Shown piece after piece: positions 30,990-39,350 of a DNA stretch of 64,000 nucleotides. The notes beneath the pieces are model-generated. The model saw only the letters and a list, made by a program, of their open reading frames with translations. It searched no databases and was not told the origin of the DNA. The stretch is from Candidatus Moraniibacteriota bacterium. Its GTDB lineage: Bacteria; Patescibacteriota; Minisyncoccia; Moranbacterales; UBA1568. A program made the translations under genes and the position numbers. How positions within the stretch are numbered: the first letter of the stretch is position 1; every line of letters begins with the position of its first letter. The DNA lies in the NCBI GenBank assembly GCA_903859375.1, contig CAIOMK010000059.1:3438-67437 (forward strand), written 5' to 3'.

Positions 30990-31442
30990 CTAATACCGAA
31001 ACGAATCCGGAATCGGCGGAGGAGTATTCTCCTCGACGACAAAGTCGTTAAGCTCGATAATCCTGAGCCCGACCTCCTCCCATGCCCCCTCGAACCCAAG
31101 GAACTTCGCATACCGTCCATATAGGGCCGGCTCTTTCTCTCTCCTCTCGCCAGAGAAGAACCAATCGTCGATGCAAGCGGTTCCTCCCTTACGAAAGTAG
31201 GCCGCCAGCATGAGATGGTCATGCGAGTCTGCAAAAGGATCGAGACACATATGGATCTCCATCAGATTGCCCTGATTCACCACGTTTCGACCGTCCCGAT
31301 GGAGTGTGAACGAACCGGCTCTTATGGCATTGCTCGTAAGCACCGTCTCCCACGCCTCGACCACAGTACGTTCCTGCTGATAATTGAACGCGCGCTGGGC
31401 TTCTGCCGCTTCGATGAATTCCTGTAAAGGCTTGCTAATCAT
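30990..31442 (-). CDS. hypothetical protein (cassette-like ORF)
   Basis: SD AAGGGAG directly downstream of repeat A1. Confidence 0.7.
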   Translation of the reverse strand: MISKPLQEFIEAAEAQRAFNYQQERTVVEAWETVLTSNAIRAGSFTLHRDGRNVVNQGNLMEIHMCLDPFADSHDHLMLAAYFRKGGTACIDDWFFSGERREKEPALYGRYAKFLGFEGAWEEVGLRIIELNDFVVEENTPPPIPDSFRY

Positions 31443-31462
31443 GGCTCGTCTCCCTTGTATTT

Positions 31463-31549
31463 AATTGTGAAATGAACTGTTTCCATCTTCAGAAGTACGT
31501 ACGAGACATACCGCTGAAGATGGAGCCGACAAGAATTATTCACGTCGGC
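31463..31549 (-). repeat. repeat A, copy 1 (two hairpins plus boxA-like/RBS block)
   Basis: Near-identical to 32525-32610 and 33027-33113. Confidence 0.92.
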
Positions 31550-31583
31550 ACTCCGTAAAGGTTTTTTCGAGGCCATCAAATCG

Positions 31584-31662
31584 TCGATCTCCTTCGGGAA
31601 GATCTCCTTCTTTTCCCTCTCGAAAGGGTTCTTGCGCCAACGGGTGAAGTATTCCCGTCCGA
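31584..31662 (-). repeat. repeat B, copy 1 (pseudoknot-like structured motif)
   Basis: CGGACGGG-N9(CTTCA)-CCCGTTGG...GAAGGAGATCTT-CCCGAAG-GAGATCGA; similar to 34058-34135 and 34828-34905. Confidence 0.8.
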
Positions 31663-31663
31663 C

Positions 31664-32506
31664 CTACTCCCACTTGACGCGGAAGGTATTGGTCTCCTGC
31701 CAACCCTGTCCCTTGTTACCTACCTCGAAGGCAAATTCAAGGAAGTCCGGGCCGCGATCGGTGATCGCCGTGCTCAGCACCCGCATCCCCACGGAGTAAA
31801 ATTTCCCTCCGGGGTGGCGGAGACCGGTCCAGGACGATCCTGTGGAACAGAACCCTTTGCCTTTTACCCAGACAAAGAGTTTGTACTGATCCACGATAGC
31901 GTCGTAATCCCGGTCGTAATGAACGGCAAGCAGCGCGACGACGTCACTCTCCACGACGGTCTCGGAGTCCTTCGACCACCGATTTCCGAGGCTTTTCTCG
32001 ACATACGAACGGAACGCCTTGATGTCATCAACGACATCACTGAGCAATTTCATTCGCGCCTGAGTCGCCTCATAATCGCGGACGGAGAATACCGACAGGG
32101 TTTCGAGACCCTTCTCCGAGCTGAAGCGGTACGCCTTCACGTTGCCCCCGCCAGTGCGAAGACCGAACGTGACCGCAACCTCCGTCTCCTCGAGAATCGA
32201 GGGTGAACTGAGGCAAAGGTCCCAGTTGTCGATCTCGTGGCTGTACGCTCCGCGGTACTGTCGCATCGGACCCTCGTGTACCCGAGTCCACACATCACCG
32301 TCGCGTTTCTCAACGCAAAGAGCGTGCGAGTATGCCATGCCACCGCCGGACTTCGACACATTCTCACCGCCAATGACGATTCGGAACTGCTCTCCTTCCG
32401 GAACACGCGTTTCCGTATCGAGGTAGCGCTGTACGAGCGCTGGAACCATTGAAAGGTTCTCGCGCGTGGCAAGCGTAGCGGCGGTCTGTAGGCTGACTTC
32501 TTTCAT
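31664..32506 (-). CDS. hypothetical protein (280 aa, cassette-like ORF)
   Basis: SD CAGGAGA downstream of repeat A2; start MKEVSLQ. Confidence 0.8.
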   Translation of the reverse strand: MKEVSLQTAATLATRENLSMVPALVQRYLDTETRVPEGEQFRIVIGGENVSKSGGGMAYSHALCVEKRDGDVWTRVHEGPMRQYRGAYSHEIDNWDLCLSSPSILEETEVAVTFGLRTGGGNVKAYRFSSEKGLETLSVFSVRDYEATQARMKLLSDVVDDIKAFRSYVEKSLGNRWSKDSETVVESDVVALLAVHYDRDYDAIVDQYKLFVWVKGKGFCSTGSSWTGLRHPGGKFYSVGMRVLSTAITDRGPDFLEFAFEVGNKGQGWQETNTFRVKWE

Positions 32507-32524
32507 TTTTGTTTCTCCTGTTTG

Positions 32525-32610
32525 AATTGTGAAATGAACTGTTTCCATCTTCAGGAGTACGTACGAGACATACCGCTGAAGAGAGGGCCGACGGAATTAT
32601 TCACGTCGGC
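32525..32610 (-). repeat. repeat A, copy 2
   Basis: GGCCGACG..CGTCGGCC and CTTCAG..CTGAAG hairpins followed by GAAACAGTTCATTTCACAATT. Confidence 0.92.
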
Positions 32611-32636
32611 CACCAATCAGGTTTTTTCGAGATCCC

Positions 32637-33008
32637 TCAACTCGGCCCCTGGTTATTGAACGGGCCCGGAAAATTCCGCCACTCCCGCCTCGGCCAGACC
32701 ATCCAAAGGAAGATCCCTATCATTCCTATGGAGCCTTTACACCAGATCTCCAGCCAGAGAGGCGCCCCCTCTAGATAGGTCGGGTTGGCGATGACAAGAA
32801 TGCCGGCCCAGCACACGAGGCTGGTCATCGCGAACCAGAGGAACCCCATCATCCCCCAGTACCGCAAGAGGACGACGTCCTCACCATTCGCAATGCGCGC
32901 CCGGACAAGCTGGCGCGTTCTAACCGCCACTTTTCCAAACATCATCGCAGCCATAACCATCATGGTTGCTAGAACAGCAACGTCCTGACTAACTGTATTC
33001 ATATTCAT
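32637..33008 (-). CDS. hypothetical membrane protein (3 TM, cassette-like ORF)
   Basis: SD CAGGAGA downstream of repeat A3; hydrophobic helices. Confidence 0.75.
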   Translation of the reverse strand: MNMNTVSQDVAVLATMMVMAAMMFGKVAVRTRQLVRARIANGEDVVLLRYWGMMGFLWFAMTSLVCWAGILVIANPTYLEGAPLWLEIWCKGSIGMIGIFLWMVWPRREWRNFPGPFNNQGPS

Positions 33009-33026
33009 GTGTATATCTCCTGTTTG

Positions 33027-33113
33027 AATTGTGAAATGAACTGTTTCCATCTTCAGAAGTACGTCCAAGACATACCGCTGAAGATGGAGCCGACAAGAAT
33101 TATTCAAGTCGGC
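33027..33113 (-). repeat. repeat A, copy 3
   Basis: Near-identical to copies 1 and 2. Confidence 0.92.
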
Positions 33114-33121
33114 TCAAATTT

Positions 33122-33816
33122 TAACCAATAACAGGGACCGCATAGTTCACGCTACGGTCTACGATGTGCCAGGAGTCGCAACGTATAGTTGCATCTCCAG
33201 ACATATCGCCTTGCTCTGTTATCGGTGTTGGTATCCGGCCGGCATATGAAGAAATGTCGTTGACACTCCTTCATAAGATCCTTAGCCGAGATGCCCTGTG
33301 ATGGGAGAACTCAATCTCCGTATTCGTAGCGGGGCTTGCTCGGAAGACGTCTAGCGTGGACGCTCCACTGTTCGTCGAGACATGAACAAAAATTCATATC
33401 TCAAACGACCACCTCCTACCTACGAACCATCACCTCCTCTAGCAACGAGGCCTGTTCTCTTTGCTTCATTTCCCCTTTCGACTCAACAGAGAGAGAAAGG
33501 GTCTTCTGTTCCTGGCGGGTGAAGCGTCCCCGCCATGGGTATCCGTCTTTATGAGTCGCGCCATTGCGACCGACGGTTTGCCCATAGAATCCATAATGGA
33601 TTCTCCTCTGACTATCAAATTATCGCGCCATGCCGATGAGACAGGTGCAAATGAGTGAGTCCTCATCGCGGCTCAAGAGTACGCGTGTACCATGAGCATG
33701 ATAGCCTTCTGATTGCTACTGTTAACGGCGCACCAGGTTTCCCTGTTCAGAACGCGAATTTTTCAATTCACAGCCTGAATGAGGAGGAGAAGATACTGCG
33801 TTGATATATCTTCTCC
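33122..33816 (-). ncRNA. putative large structured non-coding RNA (~690 nt); strand inferred from the flanking operon
   Basis: No convincing ORF; dense nested inverted repeats (ACCAATAACAG/CTGTTATCGGT, GTGATGG/CCATCAC, TTCGTAG/CTACGAA, AGAATCCA/TGGATTCT, CGATGAG/CTCATCG, GGAGAAGATA/TATCTTCTCC); contains a repeat-B variant at 33463-33535. Confidence 0.6.
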
Positions 33817-33818
33817 GA

Positions 33819-34022
33819 TTACGGGGAGCACTGCCGTATATGTCTGTTATGCTCCTTCAACATCCGCGCCCACTCCTTCATGGACGGGGCCGTACGAAGA
33901 CGGGCTTCGAACATCCGCTCCGCATGAGACGCACGATGAGGACTCCTCTTCGGCGCCTTCTTGCCCCCGTTGGCCAAAATGGCAATCTGAAGCAATGTCG
34001 TCGGTCTTGCTATGTGTTTCAT
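33819..34022 (-). CDS. small basic hypothetical protein (67 aa)
   Basis: SD CAGGAGA, as in the other cassette ORFs. Confidence 0.6.
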   Translation of the reverse strand: MKHIARPTTLLQIAILANGGKKAPKRSPHRASHAERMFEARLRTAPSMKEWARMLKEHNRHIRQCSP

Positions 34023-34057
34023 TTTTCTCCTGTTTATTTTTTGGAAAATTTGTGTGT

Positions 34058-34135
34058 TCGATCCGTTCGGTCGGATCTCCTTCTGTTTCCTCTTCCGGGG
34101 ATTCTGTTGCCAACGGGAGAAGTGGTCCCGTCCGA
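34058..34135 (-). repeat. repeat B, copy 3
   Basis: CGGACGGG-ACCACTTCT-CCCGTTGGCAACAGAA...AAACAGAAGGAGATCCG-ACCGAA-CGGATCGA. Confidence 0.8.
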
Positions 34136-34171
34136 GTCTCGCTCATCGCCCTCCGCGGACGGAACAGGAGA

Positions 34172-34528
34172 TTACTTCTCCCGTTCTTTCTGGAGTCGCC
34201 GATAGTCAGCTACCGCCTCTTTGACGGCATCACTGAGTTTCGCGGCTTCCCCATGCCCATGGACTCCCCTGTCTCCGATATAGTCGACACGATATGGAAT
34301 TCTCCCGATATGGTCAGTTACCCTGACTTTCTGGAGGTTCATCCCAAGAGTGTCGACTCCCGCGAAATTCGCAGGATTATTCATCGGAAAGAAGTTGACT
34401 GCCTCATCGGTCCAGCGCAGGACCGAATCAACATCTACTTTCTTCTGCCACAGGACTGTGGCTCCGACGGACAAAATCGCGGTGACGATGACGGAAAGAA
34501 CGATACCTTTTGTATTTTCGATATACAT
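34172..34528 (-). CDS. hypothetical protein with N-terminal TM helix
   Basis: SD CAGGAGA; upstream TGGACA-17-TATACT promoter-like sequence. Confidence 0.7.
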   Translation of the reverse strand: MYIENTKGIVLSVIVTAILSVGATVLWQKKVDVDSVLRWTDEAVNFFPMNNPANFAGVDTLGMNLQKVRVTDHIGRIPYRVDYIGDRGVHGHGEAAKLSDAVKEAVADYRRLQKEREK

Positions 34529-34730
34529 GTTTATCTCCTGTTTTAATTTGTGTAATGAACTCACTCTGTAACGGGATAGTATACCCTCTTTTGACCCTGC
34601 TGTCCATAGTATCGATACGTTTTGTAAATATTTATACAACATATTGACTTATTTTAGCCAATATTTGCTGTCGTAAAATACTTTACAAATATATGATATT
34701 CTTGGGTCATATCAGATATATTTCTCAATC

Positions 34731-34795
34731 CCATCTTCAAAGGCACGTAAAGTACCTGTCCTTGAAGATGGAGCCGATAGAATTTTCATATCGGC
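34731..34795 (-). repeat. repeat A, copy 4 (diverged; compensatory changes)
   Basis: GCCGATA..TATCGGC and CCATCTTCAA..TTGAAGATGG; not followed by the boxA-like/RBS block. Confidence 0.8.
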
Positions 34796-34827
34796 GTGTC
34801 TTGAGGTTTGTCCGAGCCCTCAACTCG

Positions 34828-34905
34828 TCGATCCGCTTCGGCCGGACCTCCTTCGTTTACTCCTTCCGGAGCTTCTGTTGCCAACGGGTGAAGTAGGCCC
34901 GTCCG
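34828..34905 (-). repeat. repeat B, copy 4
   Basis: CGGACGGG-CCTACTTCA-CCCGTTGGCAACAGAAG-CTCCggaaGGAG-TAAACGAAGGAGGTCCG-GCCGAAG-CGGATCGA. Confidence 0.8.
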
Positions 34906-34910
34906 GAGTA

Positions 34911-35312
34911 TCACCACGATGAGATTTCTCGAAGTTGCCCAGTATCATAGAGGACGGCTTGACCCCGAAAACGGGTCCAGCAATCGACTTCAACGGTGAC
35001 AATGCCTTCGTGATCGACCATAAACAGGCCGATTTCACAGTCGCACGTACCGTCGTCGTCATCGTCGTCCTCAACAATAATAGAGCACCAATCAAGCTCA
35101 TCCTCTCCAACCCTGCTTACGAGAAACGCGATGATTTTCATCTCATCCGGATCTCGTACGAGAAAGGCGCAAAGCCCTTCGCGGTCCTCTGAAAAAACCA
35201 GAGAACTTGCATGGAGTGTGGCGCCATCCGGCATCGTCTCTCCCATCACAAGCATCACAAGCTTAGAGAGAAATAATGCGCGTTCTTCCCCGACAAGAGC
35301 TTCCATTGCCAT
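34911..35312 (-). CDS. hypothetical acidic protein (133 aa)
   Basis: SD TAGGAGG; poly-Asp stretch. Confidence 0.7.
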   Translation of the reverse strand: MAMEALVGEERALFLSKLVMLVMGETMPDGATLHASSLVFSEDREGLCAFLVRDPDEMKIIAFLVSRVGEDELDWCSIIVEDDDDDDGTCDCEIGLFMVDHEGIVTVEVDCWTRFRGQAVLYDTGQLREISSW

Positions 35313-35457
35313 GTTTCCTCCTATTTGAGGGTTGAAAAGAAAAATATTTCTTTGTATCCCGCTCCCCCGCCTGCCTCAACGGGGTCCCTTCGGGAAGGGG
35401 AGCTGTCGAGTCTTCGAGACTCTTGATCCGCGAATGCTGGGTGAGGGGTGGGAGACA

Positions 35458-35628
35458 TCAGGATCCGGCAAGCCGTTTCCTGAGCTCGGCTTTGGACCGT
35501 TTCCGGTCGTAGCCCTTTCCTCCACTCTTCGTAGAATGGGCTCCGCCCTTGTGCCGAAGAAGTTCGACAACCTCCATCGGGATGCGCCACTTCGACGGCT
35601 TCCTGACCTTTTTTATAGTCTTCGCCAT
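35458..35628 (-). CDS. small very basic protein (56 aa), possibly ArfA-like
   Basis: SD AAGGAGG; MAKTIKK...HKGGAHSTKSGGKGYDRKRSKAELRK. Confidence 0.65.
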   Translation of the reverse strand: MAKTIKKVRKPSKWRIPMEVVELLRHKGGAHSTKSGGKGYDRKRSKAELRKRLAGS

Positions 35629-35896
35629 CTCTACCTCCTTTTTTGTTCTTCGATTGTAAAAGTTCATCACCGGACATCGGCATTCCTTCGGGAACCATGT
35701 GCCAGAAGGCTTCATGGGGGGTATGAATATTTTGAATATTACCCCCATCCGCCAAGGCGCATGGCTCTACCAAGTGACCGACCAATCCTGCCATTCATAT
35801 CAATTCCGTCTGACAGGAGGCGTATAACCCAGTTATCCGAGAGAATACCTATCTTTTGAGGTGCCGGATTCATCAAGCTTTTCAACTTGACTCCAC

Positions 35897-35925
35897 AGTA
35901 TATCGTATGATTCAAATCTTGTCAA
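35897..35925 (-). promoter_or_regulatory. near-consensus sigma70 promoter facing into the cassette locus
   Basis: On the minus strand TTGACA (35925-35920), 17 bp, TATACT (35902-35897). Confidence 0.75.
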
Positions 35926-36418
35926 GTGTTACTGACTAAATATGTGAGTATATAGTAAATAATGCTTTTGTGAAGCAATATTTTGTATATAATTATGTTC
36001 ATTATTGTTGTCATACAATGGACAATACTACGCCTAAAGAAGCCTTCGAACTGTATTCTGTTTATGACGCTTGACAGAACTGTTTTCCGGTGCTACTATA
36101 CGGGGTAACGTAATTTCAGTTTTTTCACAATTAACCAAGGGAGGAAGTCATGGGGGACTATTGATACGCTCCAAGAAGATGAGCGGCACACAGAAGTGCG
36201 CTCATCTCCAAGAAGGGACCACATCAATTAATCTTCATGAAAGAACCCTCAATCTCCAATAACATCAAAAAAACGACCATGTCTGACTAGTAGAAAAAAT
36301 CATTCGACTGTCTCGTGAAAAACTCACGAATTGATGGTCTCAAAGAAGCGGAATCGAAAAAAGGGCCCCGGAACAATATACTTTATGTATATCCGGAGGC
36401 CCTTCTTTTTATTTCAAT

Positions 36419-37183
36419 CTATTCCTGATATTTTTCCGCTCCCTCCCATGCCAGATCAAGGATTGCCCGCACAGAATCCGCGATTTCCTTATCTTCAATG
36501 ATGATACCGAGTAATCGGTCGCCAAGCGAAGCTATCCGAACCTTATCATCGAGAATAGCGATGTCGCTTTTTATCGGAAACTTATCAAATGGTACTTTTC
36601 TTCGCTCGCCATCAACAGTACTCTCCAAAACACCGTTTTTATAGGTATATATCACCCTCGTCTTGATTTTTTTGTCGAGCCTTTTCGTTTTTGCCCGAGC
36701 CCGTTCCTCTTTCATGAAAACATTATCAACCGCATCAACCGAATACGCCATAGGAACGACGCTTCCGGATGCGACCTTTATCGTCTCTTCGTTCATGGCC
36801 GATATACCTTCCTTTCCCTCGAAATACTTCACGACTGGTCGACCGGACTGCTTGTTGTTTATCGATTGAAGTTGCGGGATAAGCTTTTTCAGCTCTTCCG
36901 ATTTCCGCTCCATTTCCCGCTTCTGTTCATCGAGTATTTCGACGAGCCGATCCGGATCGGTCGCGATAAAAAATTGCTTCTTTCCCTGATGGAAACTGCT
37001 GATAAGCCCTTTGGCCGTGAGTCCCTCGATGATAAAATAGGTCGTCGCGCGGTTCACGCCGGACCTGCTCGAGATTCCCTGTACTGCCGACTGCCCCAAC
37101 TCCAAAGAGGCCAGATAGACCTTCGCTTCCTTTTCATTGAGTCCGATTTCCACCAGTTCCCGTTCGAACATACCGGTTTGCAT
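36419..37183 (-). CDS. TrmB family transcriptional regulator
   Basis: GLNEKEAKVYLASLELG...GVNRATTY HTH; PVVKYFEGKEGI. Confidence 0.85.
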   Translation of the reverse strand: MQTGMFERELVEIGLNEKEAKVYLASLELGQSAVQGISSRSGVNRATTYFIIEGLTAKGLISSFHQGKKQFFIATDPDRLVEILDEQKREMERKSEELKKLIPQLQSINNKQSGRPVVKYFEGKEGISAMNEETIKVASGSVVPMAYSVDAVDNVFMKEERARAKTKRLDKKIKTRVIYTYKNGVLESTVDGERRKVPFDKFPIKSDIAILDDKVRIASLGDRLLGIIIEDKEIADSVRAILDLAWEGAEKYQE

Positions 37184-37354
37184 TATTTCGATTGTACGCC
37201 ATTATACCACGGATACAGACCGCATTTCCACGTTCCGCTGTCGAAAGGGCCGATACATCGGGAAAGAATCGACAGATGGACGCCCTGTGCAAAAACAAAT
37301 TCCAGCACCCTTTCGGCATTTTACGGATGTCGTATTTTTTGTCATGATACACCT

Positions 37355-38113
37355 ATGATCGAAGAAAAGCTTCAACAACTCGGCTTACGTGAAAATGAGA
37401 CACTCGTGTACTTATGCGTTCTTGAGAATGCGGAAATCGCACCTTCGGAAGTGGCCAAGAAAACCAATCTCAGCCGGCCGACAGTCTATGCCATCGGCAA
37501 GGAGCTTGTGAAGAAAGGCTTGATACTCGAGGAAGACCGCTCCTCGGGGCTCCGATTCCTTGCCACACCACCCGAAACCATTCTCCGCGAAGTCGAAGCC
37601 TCGAAGCGTGAAGCCGAGGCACGGCTCGTCCTCGCAAAATCACTGGTGCCCGAGCTGTCCCTTCTGCCGAAATCGCAGAGCTATTCGGTTCCGAAAGTCC
37701 GCTTCATCGAGGAATCGCAGATGCTGGAGTATATATACAAGAAATCCGATGACTGGGACAAAAGCGCCCTCGGTCGGGATGCGACCTGGTGGGGCGTGCA
37801 GGACAGTTCCCTGGTCAGACAACTCAACGAATGGCTCACATGGTATTGGAAGCGCTCCGACCCGATGATCCAGACGAAAATCATAACGAATGAGAAGGAA
37901 GAAGGTCATTCGTTCGAGGGTCAGGCCAATTTCCGCCGGCAGATGAAATACTGGAACATGGGAGGCAATATCCGGACGACCCAACTGGTCTTCGGTGACT
38001 ACATCCTCATCGTGAATACGCATACCACACCGCACTCCCTCTTTGAGATTCATGACGCCGTCACCGCCGAAGGCCTTCGTCAGGTCTTTCGCGGGATCTG
38101 GGAAACGCTGTAG
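37355..38113 (+). CDS. TrmB family transcriptional regulator
   Basis: LGLRENETLVYL...LSRPTVY HTH; PKVRFIE; divergent from its paralog. Confidence 0.85.
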   Translation: MIEEKLQQLGLRENETLVYLCVLENAEIAPSEVAKKTNLSRPTVYAIGKELVKKGLILEEDRSSGLRFLATPPETILREVEASKREAEARLVLAKSLVPELSLLPKSQSYSVPKVRFIEESQMLEYIYKKSDDWDKSALGRDATWWGVQDSSLVRQLNEWLTWYWKRSDPMIQTKIITNEKEEGHSFEGQANFRRQMKYWNMGGNIRTTQLVFGDYILIVNTHTTPHSLFEIHDAVTAEGLRQVFRGIWETL

Positions 38114-38179
38114 CCACCCGTGCGGGAACAAAAAACGGACCCTCATGAGGGGAGTCCGTTTTTCGGTTGGAGAATGAAC

Positions 38180-38353
38180 TTATAACAGTCCCATATTCCC
38201 GAACAAAGTGAGGGTGATGACCGGCATCAGGGCCAGAAGAAAAGCGAACGCCATTTCTTCCTGCTCCTGGGCCCGACTGCACCGCTCGCACGGCTGTGAC
38301 CCCGTGGCCTCACTGTGCACGTCACTCGAGGTGACCATAGAGTTTGTACTCAT
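38180..38353 (-). CDS. small membrane protein (57 aa; CxxC plus C-terminal TM helix), absent from the ORF track
   Basis: Manual translation: MSTNSMVTSSDVHSEATGSQPCERCSRAQEQEEMAFAFLLALMPVITLTLFGNMGLL*. Confidence 0.6.
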   Translation of the reverse strand: MSTNSMVTSSDVHSEATGSQPCERCSRAQEQEEMAFAFLLALMPVITLTLFGNMGLL

Positions 38354-38526
38354 ATGTTTGTGTTACGGTTTACTCTTTTGTAGCTCTTCAAAAAGAAAAA
38401 CGGATTCCCTGACAAGAGGGCACCCGTTTCCACTACAAACCTAGTATACACCTTTTATAGGTCCGAGTCAAATGGTGTGGTGGGAATAATCTTTCCCGCC
38501 ACACCATGATTTCATCGGAGCGCTCA

Positions 38527-39165
38527 TCATATGGACCGTTCCGACACTTTGACATTACAGAGCGGGAGAAGTTTCATCGCCACTTCTCTCCAATTCCCTT
38601 CGAAATGAACAGTGCCGTCCTTGACCATCGCGATGTTTTCATCCAGGAAGATGGCGATAGCCGAGCATTCCGATTCCCATGTGGAGCCGTTCCGAAATTG
38701 GATACCGAACGCTCCGAGTGGCAATCCGCTTATCAGCGATGAAAAGCTGACATGTTTCAGGAGATATTCGCCCCATGCGGCAGCCGTTCTCGGAAGAGCG
38801 AACAGTCCGGACAAAAACGGCGGGAGTTCCGAGCCGTCATAGACCAGTATGTTCACCGACGGATGCACGGTTCCGGAGATATATTCGAGTATGCCCTTGT
38901 ACCGGGTCTCAGCCTTGCGAAGGTCGAAGAACAGCATCCGTCCATGGGAAGAGAGTTCCTCATAGGTGAACGGTGAGACATCAAACCCTTTCTGCCTGTA
39001 AAAGTCGCGTATCACATTCGTGATGTCCTTCAGTGAGATGCGGAGATCATCGGTACAGGCAAATTGAAGGCTGAGAGTTTCCCAGTATGGAACTTCCAGA
39101 TAATGTAACTTCGAACGCAGGACCGAAGACAGCCCGTCGGCATCCAATACCATTTTTTTCGCCAT
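38527..39165 (-). CDS. hypothetical protein
   Basis: SD CAGGAG upstream of MAKKMV. Confidence 0.65.
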   Translation of the reverse strand: MAKKMVLDADGLSSVLRSKLHYLEVPYWETLSLQFACTDDLRISLKDITNVIRDFYRQKGFDVSPFTYEELSSHGRMLFFDLRKAETRYKGILEYISGTVHPSVNILVYDGSELPPFLSGLFALPRTAAAWGEYLLKHVSFSSLISGLPLGAFGIQFRNGSTWESECSAIAIFLDENIAMVKDGTVHFEGNWREVAMKLLPLCNVKVSERSI

Positions 39166-39350
39166 GTGAGCTCCTGTGTATATCGATTGATGTAAAAGAT
39201 CCGTTCTTATTTTCTGCTTTATTCCTAGCACCAAAAACCGCTTCCTGTCAATCAGGACTGCCGGCTCCCGCCTGGAAAAATCATCGAAAAAAACCACCCC
39301 GGATCAATCGGGGTGGTGTGAACGGACGTCGTAGTTCCTCAAACCGGACC

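Noticed and set aside
31440-31663. Open reading frame continuing past the TAG at 31664 through repeats B1 and A1 (possible read-through)
   Set aside because: The frame is not preserved in the other repeat copies, so it is probably chance.
33085-33733. Group II intron (minus-strand GTGCG at 33733; GAGCCG hairpin near 33115)
   Set aside because: The hairpin is repeat A. Its AGC is not conserved in the other copies, it lacks the canonical domain V GNRA loop and bulge, and there is no RT ORF.
31463-34795. Repeat A as integron attC sites or CRISPR repeats
   Set aside because: No RYYYAAC...GTTRRRY ends, no IntI or cas gene in the window, and the intervening sequences are whole genes of variable length.
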